Assembly (NCBI RefSeq): GCF_009914755.1
Contig: NC_060927.1
DNA: 64,000 nt
DNA from: the human T2T-CHM13v2.0 reference genome, Homo sapiens
Strand: one strand, 5' to 3'
The notes beneath the pieces were generated by a model that was not told where the DNA came from, did not search any database, and was given only the letters and a program-made list of their open reading frames with translations. How positions within the stretch are numbered: the stretch's first letter is position 1; each line of letters begins with the position of its first letter. Shown in pieces: positions 16,049-31,069 of this stretch. The translations under genes and the position numbers were made by a program.

Positions 16049-17380
16049 GTAAAAAGATTTTAAAAGCCCTCTTTTTATTGGCTCAAGGCTGAAGAAATCT
16101 TTTAATCCTCCTTTTATATCTCTATCTACGGCTTCCCTCCTCCATACCCAGGTTAGAGATGTTTACCAGTCTGTGGAAATTGTCCTGGAGGCTTTGGATC
16201 AGAGGTGTATACCTAATTTAATACATGATCTAGCTTTTGCCTTTTAGGGTTGTTACATACTCACAGTTTACTGTGTGTTTGGGGAAGAAAAACATTAAGT
16301 AGAACATGTAGTTTGTAAGAAGAACACATGAAATGTGCTTTTTCTTGTTGTTGGTGCTTTAAAATGAAGTCTTTGTCCATTTGCTTGGCACTGTCTGAGA
16401 AAGCCTATTGAGGTGAGGGGATTTAGTAGCAATGTGAAAAACATTGTAAGTCAAGCAAAAAAAGCAAAAAAGAAATGAGATTTTGTACCCAGAAATGGAC
16501 TTCCTGCTACATTATGATTCCTGGAAAGAAGCCGTTTTACTCAGGGAATCTGTTAAAATGTAAAGAGTTTTTCTGTTAGGTGTTGTCAGTATCTCTCATT
16601 AGCATCACTTTTTTAGCCTTTGATTGTTTGGCTAAACAAAAACACTCTGGACTGAATTTTTTGATGAGAATGACTACTGAAGTCATGATACCAGAATCCT
16701 TAAAAATAAATGCATTTTTATCAGTCAGTTTTCAGTAAATTTTATTTTGCCTCCAAACTCTATTAAATAAGAATTCATTGCTCTTTTATTTGAAATTAGA
16801 TGAGATGGAAATATTCTGTAGAAAGATTAAATTAACAGTTTTTTTAAAAGCCCATAATTTTGAATGATATATATATTTTGGTAAGCTTATTGACTTCAAA
16901 CAAATGATAGTAAAGAGTTTAAATTTTAGTTGTTTAGTTCAGTGGTAGGCATGATAGCAGGTTTTTGATTAGCATTTTTGTAATGTAAAAACAATATTTA
17001 TCTAAGAACTGCATTATATGTGGGCTACTCTGCTGATAGTAAAGCAATAATTATTCTGCACAACAGTCATATTTTCTTGTTTCAGGGGTTTTGACCTTTT
17101 CAGTCCATGGTTTTGATTTTCTCCTTAATGCTTCAGGATTTCAGCAGGCGTAGAATCACAACTCACAGCCTCTCTGTCTTGTCACTTTTCATCCACCGTG
17201 ATCTGAGGCAAGATTCCCTCTGGGGATTGCTATTTTCTTTTAGGGAAAAGGAAGAGATTTTTGTGAATAGAGAAATGTCTGTTATTTTGCTAATAACCAC
17301 CAATCATGCTGGCTGTGTGGGTGTTCAGAATTAGTATGATTGCATAGCTGCATGAAGAAATTGCCTTCCCTCTTTTTAAG

Positions 17381-17562
17381 GGTGTGAATAACTTTGTGCA
17401 GTACAAATTTAGTCACCTGCCAGCAAAAGAAAGGCAAACAATAGTTGAGTTGGCAAAAATGTTCCTAAACCGCATCAACTATTGGCATCTGGAGGCACCA
17501 TCTCAACGAAGACTGCGATCTCCCAATGATGATATTTCTGGATACAAAGAGAACTACACAAG
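17381..17562 (+). CDS. KAT2B: KAT2B exon 5: GVNNFVQYKFSHLPAKERQ...GYKENYT(R)
   Basis: tttttaag|GGTGTG ... ACAAG|gtaatc; 182 nt. Confidence 0.97.
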
Positions 17563-17770
17563 GTAATCAGATGCAAGTTCTTTTCCTTTGGCCCCATAAA
17601 GCCTGTTACAGACCTAAAATTGTACTTGACTCTATAAGTATAGGGCTGCCTAGTTATCATTATGACTCCATCAATTCAGAGATAATGTCTTTATAATTTA
17701 ACTTGCAAACTCCTGCTTTTCATTGCTATCATAATATGTTGAGGTGTGAGGGATGTAAATCATCTATACC

Positions 17771-18040
17771 CAGTGTGATAGCCACTAGCTATATGAGCAC
17801 TTGAAAATGTGGCTAGTTTGAATTGAGATTTCTATGATTGTACCAAAAAGGAGTTTAAAATTGCTCATTAATACTTTTAAAATATTGATTACATGTAGAA
17901 ATGATAGTACATTGGATACATTGGATTAAATAAAATATATTGAAGTTAATTTTACCTGTTTTTACCATTCCAGTGTGGCTACTAGAAAATTTAAAATCCA
18001 TATGTGGCTTGTGTTATTTATCTATTGAATATAGTTGACT
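17771..18040. mobile_element. MER33/MER3-type hAT-Charlie fossil
   Basis: agccactagctatatgagcacttgaaaatgtggctagt...gtggctactagaaaatttaaaat motifs shared with other copies in the window. Confidence 0.75.
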
Positions 18041-18128
18041 AGATAGCTACACTATAACTCTGAAATTAATTAGAGCCCTCACTCAAAAAATGCAATGACC
18101 ATATAATGAAGTTAAAGAATTTTTTTTA

Positions 18129-18408
18129 GGCTGGGCATGGTGGCTCACACCTGTAATCCTAGCACTTTGGGAGTCTAAAGTGGGTAGATCACTTGGGTCA
18201 GGAGTTCAAGACCAGCCTGGCCAATATGGTGAAACCCCATCTCTACTAAAAATACAAAAATTAACTGGGCATGGTGTCACGTGACTGTAATCCTGGCTAC
18301 TTGGGAGGCTGAGGCAGGAGAATCACTTGAACCCTGGAGGCAGAGTTTGCAGTGAACTGAGATCGTGCACTCTGGGCAACAGAGCAAGACTCTGTCTCAA
18401 AAAAAAAA
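18129..18408 (+). mobile_element. Alu
   Basis: Sense Alu. Confidence 0.95.
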
Positions 18409-19490
18409 TTTTTTTTAAAGGAAAGATTAGCTTAGTTCCAGAACTGTGATGGAACTGACATCATTATACATATTATCTTCCAGGTTTTGTCCTTTTAAAT
18501 AACATTTTACATTAGTTATAATGAAAGAAAATGTAGAATTTTGTAGCCTTTATGTCTCTTCACTTAATATCATATCAAACATTTCACAGGTTACATTATA
18601 GTCCATTGAGTTGATTTACCACAATTTACCTAACCATTTCTCTATTGCTGGACATTCAAACTCTGCAGATAGTCTTGGATTGAACATATATTTTCTTCTA
18701 AAGTGGAAATTTATTTTTATTGCTTATTACTTGCAGAATAACAGAATTGGTTTTACAAATCTTAAACTTGTACCATACAAAATATAAGGACCTACATTTA
18801 TTTTCATCTGAAGGACTGTGACTTGGGTCATCCATTCTTTTCAACTTTTTTATAACTTTTCTATAACTTTTCTCTGTTTATATTTCAGAGGCACATCAAG
18901 CTTGCATTAGGGAGCTTTAGTGCCTACTTTTTTCCTGATTTAAAGTGGGCAGTAGTATCTTTTGATAGCCTGTCAAGACCACTTGTGCCCAGGTTATTTT
19001 CTGTAACAGCAGATAACATGGAAGAATTGTATAATTTAAAATAAGCTTTCCTCTCTGACATTGACCTAGTTTCATGTGTAACACACCCTTTTCCTCTCTT
19101 TCTCTTCACTTTTGCAAATATATGCAATTTCAGTTATAAAGTATTTTCTCCTTAATAATTGATATTTATAGGAATTGCAGATTTCTTCAAAATAAGTTTT
19201 TAAATTATATCTTCATTTCCGTATCTTTCATTTTAGGATTTTACATTAACAATAGTTCTGTATTATTGAAACTCTGCTATATTATTGAAACTCTTGTTTA
19301 TAATAAGAGTTGAGACGATAAGTCTCTCAAAAATATGTATTTTTTAATCCCGTCTGTGAACAATTGACAAAGCTGAATATTTGTCAAAGCCAGGGCCCTG
19401 AATGCATTTGCGACTTTTAGCAGAGAAAATAATCGTTTCATCAAGAAAAAGGAGAATTAATTGTGAAGCAGCTTGGGAGACATTAGTATA

Positions 19491-19801
19491 TTTTGTTTTA
19501 TTTTTATTTTTATTTTTTTTAGAGATGGTGTCTTATTCTGTATCCTGGGCTGGAGCGCAGTGGCATGATCATAGCTCACTGTAGCCTCAACCTCCTAGAC
19601 TCAAGCAATTCATCTATCTCAGCCTCCTTAGTAGCTGGGACTACAGGCACATGCCACCATGCCTGGCTATTTGTTTATTTTTTATAGAGATGGGGTCTCG
19701 CTGTGTTGCCCAGGCTGGTCTCAAACTCCTGACCTCAAGCAATCCTCCCACCTTGGCCTCCCAAAGTGCTGAGATTACATGTGTGAGTCACTGTGCCCAG
19801 C
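19491..19801 (-). mobile_element. AluJ-like
   Basis: Antisense Alu. Confidence 0.95.
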
Positions 19802-20964
19802 TATGATATTTTAGAAAACAGAAGAAAAATGCAAGGCAGCCTTTGAGAATTACTAAGAAATTGGTGGCACTTATGAATACTTAAGAAGTAGTAAAAATGG
19901 AAATTGGTTTGGATGAGTGCTGGGTTTGAATGGTGTGGGTCCATCTCTCCCTTTTTACATGAGCTTTAGACCAGTCTCTGGTCTAAAGAGACTTTTGGTT
20001 TCTTTCTCTGTCCAAGTGTCATGACTTTTGTGAGTATTCCATGGGTGGTTTGTATGTAGTTTCTGACACACAGAGCAGGTGCTGGGAAGATGCTCATCAT
20101 CATTTTCCTCCCATGCACATTGTTCTCTAAAACTCAGTCACTGCCAATGTGGAGCTTATTAAGCTAAAGCCTTAAATGTATAATTGAGTGAGTGTGTAAT
20201 TATTTGAATATCGCTTTAGAAATTAAGATAGCAGGGAATAGAAAAACAGCAAAAGAGTCCTTTATAGCCCAGCCTCCTGAGCCAACAGCTGAAGGCAAAA
20301 AGTGGAGTCAGACAATGGGAAAGAGAAACTTGCTGAGAGAAACAGAAATGAATATGCCCTAATGAGTTCTGAAACGTGCTGATTTCTAGGTGAAATGTAG
20401 ACCAATAGCCCCTATTAATAATAAATAAGGAAATGAAGGTAGATGACACCAACCTCCCCCACGTCCCCACCATCACGTCATGTTGATGAGGAAAGGGAAG
20501 TAGAGAGGAACAACCTGTGAAAATTAGGAGAATCAATATTCGGAGTAAAACCTCACTGCCATGACCACATGGGGAATTAAAAAAACCACATACCACCACA
20601 GCATGATGTCTCACTGATACTGATCTTCTCAAAAATGGGTAATATTACTGGCTGCAGGCACCAGCAGGCTTTATCTTGATGTTGCTGTAAGAGAACCTCA
20701 GGACCTATAACGCTGGTTCAGCTTATAACTTACAGCAGTTACTGTAAATATTAGAACAAAGATGTGCCGAAAATGTTTGCAGTATATCAGTCTGAAAATG
20801 AAGTTAAACAGGATTCTTTGTGGAAAAGACTGGACTTAGAAAATGATTGTGTTCATTACAGAGCTAACTTGTAAATATTTATTCCATAAAAATTAAAAGC
20901 AGACTGAACAGTAGTACTGCTTAAATTACTTCTCTGTTCTGAAGAAAAGAAAAATATAAGTATT

Positions 20965-21279
20965 CTTTTTTTGTTGTTTTTTTGTTTTTTTTTTTTTTGA
21001 GATGGAGTCTCACTCTGTTGTCCAGGCTGGAGTGCAGTGGCGCGACTCAGCTCACTGCAACCTCCACCTCCTGAGTTCAGGCGATTTTCCTGCCTTAGCC
21101 TCCCAAGTAGCTAGGATTACAAGTGCGTGCCACCATGCCTGGCTAATTTTTGTATTTTTAGTAAAGATGGGGTTTCACCATGTTGGCCAGGCTAGTCTCG
21201 AACTCCTGACCTCAGGTGATCTGCCTACCTCGTCCTCCTAAAGTGCTGGGATTAAAGGCGTGAGCCACCTTGCTCAACC
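20965..21279 (-). mobile_element. Alu
   Basis: Antisense Alu. Confidence 0.95.
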
Positions 21280-21587
21280 TAAATATTGTTACATAAGTGT
21301 ATGTTAACTGTACCTTATATATACTCCCAGGAGCAATTGTGGTTATAGAAAAAAATGTGGGCAAATATTTTGAAGTTCCTGAATTTCATGATAGTACACT
21401 ATTTAATTCCATGAAGAAATAACCTAAAAAGAAAGTGTCACAGGATTATGACTTCTTAAAATACAACTGTCCAACAGTCTGCTGAAGGAAAGTGCAAGTA
21501 ATTAGTCTTAGATTTTGAATTGTGTAGAACTTTTGAAAGTTAAAGCTTACCCCCACACTGGGGAGATGTTTCATAAGAATACAGAGT

Positions 21588-21932
21588 GGCTGTGTGCAGT
21601 AGCTGATGCCTGTAATCCCAGCAACTTTGGGAGGCTGAGGCGAGAGGATCGCTTGAGCCCAGGAGTTTGAGCCCAGCCTGGGCAACAGAATGAGACTTCA
21701 TCTCTACAAAAATAAAAATAAAAAACTAGCTGGGTGTGGTGGCATGTGTCTGTGGTGGCATGAGCCTGTGGTCCCAGCGACTCTGGAGGTTGAGGTGGGA
21801 GGATTGCTTGAGCCCGGGAGGTCAAGGCTGCTTGGAGCTGTCCATGATCCTACCACTGCACTCCGGCCTGGGTGACAGAGCACGACCCTGTCTGAAAAAA
21901 AAAAAAAAAAAAGAAGAAGAAGAAGAAAAAGA
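21588..21932 (+). mobile_element. AluJ-like with internal tandem duplication and (GAA)n tail
   Basis: tgtggtggcatg is duplicated. Confidence 0.93.
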
Positions 21933-22525
21933 ATACATAGCAAGTTAGCTAGAACTAACTTGTTTTTGGGAAACAGTTTTATTTAGCCATTCTTCTATGA
22001 TGTACAGCCTATTGCCATGTATACTGAGCATTCATTATTAGACATGTAAGTCTAGAACAGATTTATCAGGAAGCATGGAAAGAACACTAGGAAACAGGAG
22101 ATCTGACTTCTAGTCTGGACTTTAATTAAGTAACTGGGCCTCAGTCCCTGTGAACTAGGGCAGATCAGTTTATTCCTGAAAACCACAGGATTTTCAGTTC
22201 AGCAAGTCAGTAGAATGACATGGTCTTCTGTGTTCACATTTTTAATTTCTGTTCACAGAAGTTACAAATCATCATCATGATGTGAAAAATCTGGGAGTTA
22301 TTTGAACAGTAAGAAAATAGCATGCAAATACCATCTTTATTAGACATACAAAAATGAACGAACTATCATTTTGCTTCTTTTTAGTAGACCCGAAATCAGT
22401 CATGTAGGTAAAATCTTTTCTACAGTTACTTCTTTGGAGGAATACATGTGCTCATGCACGTCCGTTTCCTTCTTTCTGTCTCACTGTGTGCAATAATAAT
22501 ATCAATCAATTTATTAAAACAACAC

Positions 22526-22533
<8 letters not shown>

Positions 22534-22559
<26 letters not shown>

Positions 22560-22585
22560 TTCTGTCTCTCTCACACACACACACA
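22534..22585. repeat. (CA)n microsatellite
   Basis: Direct inspection. Confidence 0.95.
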
Positions 22586-22934
22586 TTGACTCAGCCTCAT
22601 TGTCTTAATCTACAGTGAATTTAACAGAGTACAAAATAAGATTAATCTTGGAAGTTAAGAAAAAGCTGAAAAGTATAAATTGAGGTCTATAAAATGACTT
22701 TGAGGAAATGAATGAAAGCCCATTATTTGAACATTTTTACTAGCTAATAACAATCTATGCTGTCTTCTACCCTGGGAAGATTGAATAACCTGTTAAAGCA
22801 CTTTTGGATAACTTTTTAGGATTTTATGATAATATTTATAACCTATCATCTTTGTATCAGAAATAATGTCAGTCTTAGAGCCTTAGACGTTTGCAGATCT
22901 CTCCTCAGATGGAAATGCTGTTTAGACTCTAAAT

Positions 22935-24478
<1,544 letters not shown>

Positions 24479-24543
24479 TAAATCTTTAAACCTTTCATTG
24501 CAGAAGATTGGACATATTTTGTTATTTTTAAAATTTAGGATCT

Positions 24544-25230
24544 GCATAACAACATTTTAGTCAGCAATGGACCACATATAATGACAGTAGTCCTTTAAGA
24601 TTATGCCAAAATTTTGCTGTACCTTTCCATGTTTAGGTATATTTAGATATACAAATACTTACCATTATGTTACAGTCGTTTGTAGTATTCAGTACAGTAA
24701 TATGCTGTAGAGGTTTGCAGCCTAAGAGCAATAGACTAGACCATAGAGCAGGGGTCCCCCACCCCTGGGCCATGGTCCACCATAGGTCCGTGGCTCATTA
24801 GGAACCGGGCTGCACAGCAGGAAGTGAGTGGTGGGCGAGTGAGCATTACAGCCTGAGCTCCACCTCCTGTCAGATCAGTGGTGGCATTAGATTCTCATAG
24901 GAGCCTGAACTCTATTGTGAACTGTGCATGTGAGGGATCTAAGCTGTACATTCTTTCTGAGAGTCTAATGCTTGATGATCTGAGGTGGAACAGTTTCATC
25001 TGGAAACCATCCCTTCTACCCCCAGCCATGGAAAAATTGTCTCTCATGAAAGCAATCCCTGGTGCCAAAAAAGTTGGGGACCTCTGCCATAGAGCCTAGG
25101 TGCCAAGTGTGTAGTAGGTTCTACCATCTAGGTTTGTGTAGGTACACTCTCCAGTGTTTGCACAATGATAAAATCACCTGACTCATTTCTCAGAATGTAT
25201 TCCCGTTGTTAAGCAAGACATGAAAGACAT
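24544..25230 (+). mobile_element. Tigger3/Golem-derived element containing a nested MER1B
   Basis: cataacaacattttagtcagcaatggaccacatata start; tctcagaatgtattcccgttgttaagc end. Confidence 0.75.
24749..25086 (+). mobile_element. MER1B (hAT-Charlie MITE)
   Basis: TIRs caggggtcccc/ggggacctctg; perfect 8-bp TSD ccatagag (24741-24748, 25087-25094). Confidence 0.92.
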
Positions 25231-25365
25231 GACCATATTAATTCTTACAGATAGTCTTGTGATTGCCTAAGTCTCACGAAATTGAACTTCTGATTATGAA
25301 GATCTGTGACTGTTTAACTCTATGGTTTCATTACTAGTTATTTGATCTGACTTCCCCTCAGCCCC

Positions 25366-25721
<356 letters not shown>

Positions 25722-26465
25722 TAATTAAGTGGCCACAGACTAACATCTAGCAAACAATTGGCTTTGAAAGCAATGAATTTCTATATGAAGCACCTTATGA
25801 ATTACAAAATAAATGCACTTTATAATTTTTTTCTGCTACCAAGATCACTGTTTCAGACAAAAGACAACATTAACACTTAAGATACCCATTTCAGTATTGT
25901 AAACATAAACAACATTTGGGTGTAAATTATTAAAGGAAAAAAGTTGAGAGAAGACATAGAAATAGTAGCAGAAATTTTAGGTTAATTTTTAATGTAGGCA
26001 GATGAACTAACACTAATGAAAGCTTTTTCTCCAAAGGTGAACCACTGCCACAGCCACCACCATTTCCACCACTAGCACACATACAGGCAAAATATTTTAT
26101 AATGCAGAATAAGATTTAAAAAAAAAAGTGAGGAGCATGAATAAATTAATATTATTCCTCTCTTCATTAAAGGGCTCAAAGTTCATTGGGAGCTTTTTGT
26201 AGCAGCTTGGGCGCATTAGAAAGCTGTCTCCCATTTGAAAGGAGAACAGGAAAGCACATAGGGAGGAGAGGTTTGATTTTTGGAAGGCAGTCCTTTCCTA
26301 GAAGAGGATGATTTGGGTCTGCTCTGAAGGAATAAGAATCTGTGGAATAATGCTTTTTGACCTTTTCCTCGTTTGGTGCCACCCTCCATGGCTACCACTG
26401 TTATATTTATGTTTTTGGGTCCTGGGAAATTCACATCTTCACTTCTGGGAGATAAAAAAAAAATA

Positions 26466-26798
<333 letters not shown>

Positions 26799-27224
26799 TT
26801 ATTTTTGAATAGACTTTTACTCTCCACTGTATGTTGGCCGAATGCACTTTCTAAATTAGATGACCTGTATTGTCAGTGTACCCTAGAACTGTGGTCACAT
26901 CTCAAGAAAAGTCCTGGCTTCCCTCTGGTCTGGGTCCTCCTCCAGCGTCGTGCAGTGATGCTGAGGTGCATTTTTGACTTTGAGTCTGAGTCGTTGAAAA
27001 ATGTACCTAGGCGACAAATGGTAGAAGCTTAATACTTCCTACATTTTTGACTGAGTTTTAAACAGTCCTGAAGATCATTATCTTCCCACCAAACCTCCGA
27101 TAAGTGCTGTGTAGGCATTTTAAATAAATCTTACATTTTACTCAAAGGACTAGGTGGTTAATTCTGATTCTTTCACAAAAGGGTCTTCCTCAGCTTCTCC
27201 TTTAATTTTTTCTTTTATCTAAAC

Positions 27225-27445
27225 TACCATTAATGTGCCAGTAACTCCAGTTATACTATGCATTTTATATACAGTATTTCATTTAATGCTCACAAGAACC
27301 CAATGAAGTAGGTATTATTGTTGTCCCCATTTTACAGGTAAGGAAGGAAAGGCTAAATAGCGTAATCAAATTTTCAAAGTTATGCAGCTAGTTAAGTGAC
27401 ACAGCTGGAATTTGATCCCAGGGGCTGTTTCATTCCAGGACTCAC
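27225..27445 (-). mobile_element. MIR
   Basis: atttcatttaatgctcacaagaacccaatgaagtaggtattattgttgtccccattttacag is an antisense MIR core. Confidence 0.85.
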
Positions 27446-27677
27446 TGTATGATGCTGCAGAATAAGGTGATTTTAACAGAATTAGACACAAGTGGTGATG
27501 TAAGGGTAATCTAATTGCATTCCCAAGTTTCACTAGCTGGCAGGGATATTGTTGCTTGTTATTGCAGGCCTAGTTTTTTTCTGCTATAGTTAATAGTACG
27601 AGATAAACATAATTGAATATTTCTGATGACCTGGGGGTTTATGGGATATTGATGGTGCTTGACTTCTCTTGTCACAG

Positions 27678-27869
27678 GTGGCTGTGTTACTGCAACGTGC
27701 CACAGTTCTGCGACAGTCTACCTCGGTACGAAACCACACAGGTGTTTGGGAGAACATTGCTTCGCTCGGTCTTCACTGTTATGAGGCGACAACTCCTGGA
27801 ACAAGCAAGACAGGAAAAAGATAAACTGCCTCTTGAAAAACGAACTCTAATCCTCACTCATTTCCCAAA
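27678..27869 (+). CDS. KAT2B: KAT2B exon 6: WLCYCNVPQFCDSLPRYETT...TLILTHFP(K)
   Basis: gtcacag|GTGGCTG ... CCCAAA|gtaagg; 192 nt, phase 2-2. Confidence 0.97.
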
Positions 27870-30284
27870 GTAAGGGAGAGTTTTTGCTGGTCTTTGTTTG
27901 ATCCCAGAGCTTGAGGTTGCTAAATACAATGCCAAAGCCTGCATAAATAACAAGATCGGAAATGACAGAAGAAACATTCCAAGGGGATGGGAGAAAAGAC
28001 CCTCAGTTCCCTTTGTGAATCTTCTTGGGTATTTTCCAGTCCATTTATTAGCCTGACTTTGGGTTGACTGCCGTCATTGCTCCCTTATCCCCTCCTCGTC
28101 CTACCTGAGTCATTGTCTCTGACTCACATAGAATGGGGCAGTGCTTTCTTTTGTATATTCAGCGGCCAGGAAGCTCTAGGACGATGAGGGAGAATGTTTA
28201 GGTACATTTTCCAGCCACTCAGAAATGGTGCAAAAGAGCTCAAGTGGCTTTTTTTTTTTTTTCCGTTCAATTTCTCCAACTTTTTCCAAGCACTGGTGAA
28301 CCATCCCTGCCTCAGCTATAGTAGACTTGCCCCCACTCTTTGGAAACTAGACTGCAAAAGCAGGGATGAAGAGGAATAGAGAGCTCCTTCAGCGTGATGA
28401 ACCTCTATACTAAATTTCTTGTAGAATAGGCATACTTTGGTGCTCCTTGCTTCTTGCACCTGTCAGAGCTCCAAGGCATAAATGATCATTTAAATATTTT
28501 AAATGGAAGGAAATGCTGCAAAGCAATAGAAAGTTGCAGTGCTGCACCATTGGCCTTGGAAATGCATTTTTAATGCTAAAAACCAAAAATTTAAGCTAAG
28601 CGGTTGGATGCTGGTGGGATAGGCCAAGGGTGCAGTTGATGACTTCTCATGGAGCAGTAACAGCGAGAAATGAATGAGACAGTTCATTCTGTGATTATCA
28701 TTCCGCCTAGATCAGCGCTTGGTCAGGAAGGTAAAAGGCGTAATTTGAAAAGGCTGGCTAGGTATGATATAGCCTTCCTTCCCCATGCCATTCTGAACTG
28801 CTGATGTAGAGAATAGAATTTGAGAGGAAATATTCTTTGATCAAAGATTGATGAAACACTGTTTTGTTTGAGAAACTAGATTTTTATTATTCAGATAGTG
28901 TTATTAGATTATGGAATTTTTGTCTCAGTGAAGATAGAGTTTTAATTCATAACAATAAGTTAGGTTCAAAACAACAAAAATAAAATGGTTTTCTGACAGA
29001 AATTGACTGAAGATTCCTTGGCAGTTTAACCCAAATCCTAAACCTTAGATAGATGTCATGGGTAATTCTGATGGGCTTTGGCCAAACACCCAATATTTGC
29101 ACATATATTTCAACAACCTGATTGTCAAATTTTTCTTTAGAGAACCAGTACATGAGACTAAGTCATGACATGAACATTTTGTTGTCCTCTGTGGAGGGAG
29201 ATTCTGAAGCACTTAAACTGCAGTTTGGATGTTGCTCCCAAAATGGGTTATGAAATTAGGGCACACTCATGTATTTCAGTGTCTTTTAACTGATGTAAGC
29301 TCCTTTCCTTAGAGATTGAAGCAGTTTTCTTACTTATGTATCTATTACATTTGCCATATAAGCAGCATTTTATGTTTTCAGGTAATAGTTGTCATTCTGT
29401 CTCTGAGTCAAGGTACAAAGAAGACTCCTCCCTTCCCAACACCTGTTATGGTATTTAAAGAGAAATTTTAGTTACTTTGCATAATAAATTTTTTTCCCAT
29501 AACAAATTCATTTTGCTTCTTGCAGGTATTTGCTAATTATAGTGTGTTTTGTTCCCTCAGCCCATAGTTCTGGCATGCTTATGCTAGGAGCTAAAACATC
29601 AATGCTGCCTTCTTTTCTTCTCTATTACTAATGGTGGGGTAAAACTACCACCCACTTCTCCTTTTAAATCCTTTTCACCGAATATGACAACATTTAAGGC
29701 TATTGGGGATTTATACCTACAGTTTTGGCAGCAGAACCACACATGTTGAAGCCTGAGGTATTATTTGAGTCTTGGGCACTGTTTCAGAGTGAGAGCTGGG
29801 ACCGGCTTCCCAGCACCCAGGGAGGTCTCTGCAATTCTCAGATGTGTTTTCAGGGCTTACATTCTTATCTTCCTATTCTTCATATGTGCTGCCTTTTTTT
29901 CCACTTGGCTTTAATGTGTGCCTCTTTCCCCATTCACCTATTTACAAAGTGTTTTTGTTTTTGTTTTTAAGTTGTGTATCTATATTTCATTCTAAAAGTG
30001 AAGAAAATTTGGTTCAGGGAAAAATGAAGAAGACCACTGATAGCTTCACCACTCTGAACTATTTTTAGTGCTTTTAGTTATTTCTGTTTTTCCCCCATTT
30101 ATTGGTGAAAAAAATTCAGTAAGCCTCAGAGGGACTTAGGTATCTGTATTTCTTTTCTCTTTTTTTCTCTTTTAATTTTTTATTCTTTTTAAATCACCTG
30201 CCCTATTCTGATAAGCATCTGTATTTCTAATAAGGTTTCCAGATGATTTCTATGGGTTGCCAAAACTTGAGATCCATTTAGTTT

Positions 30285-30610
30285 AAAGTTAGCATAGTAA
30301 TTAATCACTGGTTCCAATCCTGATCCTGCCATTTACTAGTTGTGGGAATTTGATCTAAATATTTCACTTCTCTGTGCCCTAGTTTCTTCATCTGTGAAAT
30401 GGGTATGAATTTTATCTCATAGGGTCGTTATAAAGATCAAGTGAGTTAATATACATCAACCACTTACAACACTGCCTATCATGTAGTAAGAGCTATATAT
30501 GTGCGTGACAAATAAAAATAGAATATATAACTCATAGGGTTGATGTGAGGATTCAGTAAGAAGTTCTTAGAGCAGTGCAGGCACAAAGCAAGCACTCGAT
30601 AAATATTAGT
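30285..30610 (+). mobile_element. MIR fragments
   Basis: ctgtgccctagtttcttcatctgtgaaatggg core. Confidence 0.75.
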
Positions 30611-30962
30611 AACTTTTATGATGGTAATGACAGTGACAGTGCAGCTATATGGAGGGCTGAAATCGTGCTCTGAGATTCACTGAGGAAGATTAATGCATTT
30701 CTACTGATGTAATTCATATGTCTGTATCCTGTGCTGTGTTAAGCTATGCAGGGTCAAAAGAGTAAACATTTGTATAAATGCATTTCTGTATTTGAATATA
30801 CCAGGGCTGCCCAACTAAATCATAATTTGAGTTGTAATTCTCCATTATATTTCTGATTGAAGGTTTGAGACGCTGATGTTAAGGTGATTGTCACAGATAA
30901 TTAGGGCTGTTATCCTTACAGTAGTTTTTTTTTAATCTTATTGCTATTACTCTTGTGTCTAG

Positions 30963-31069
30963 ATTTCTGTCCATGCTAGAAGAAGAAGTATATAGTCAAA
31001 ACTCTCCCATCTGGGATCAGGATTTTCTCTCAGCCTCTTCCAGAACCAGCCAGCTAGGCATCCAAACAG
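30963..31069 (+). CDS. KAT2B: KAT2B exon 7: FLSMLEEEVYSQNSPIWDQDFLSASSRTSQLGIQT
   Basis: tgtctag|ATTTCTG ... AAACAG|gtaagt; 107 nt. Confidence 0.96.

Noticed and set aside
20216-20632. 138-aa minus-strand ORF as a novel antisense gene
   Set aside because: Non-ATG start, no recognisable domain, and composition expected from reading a purine-rich strand backwards
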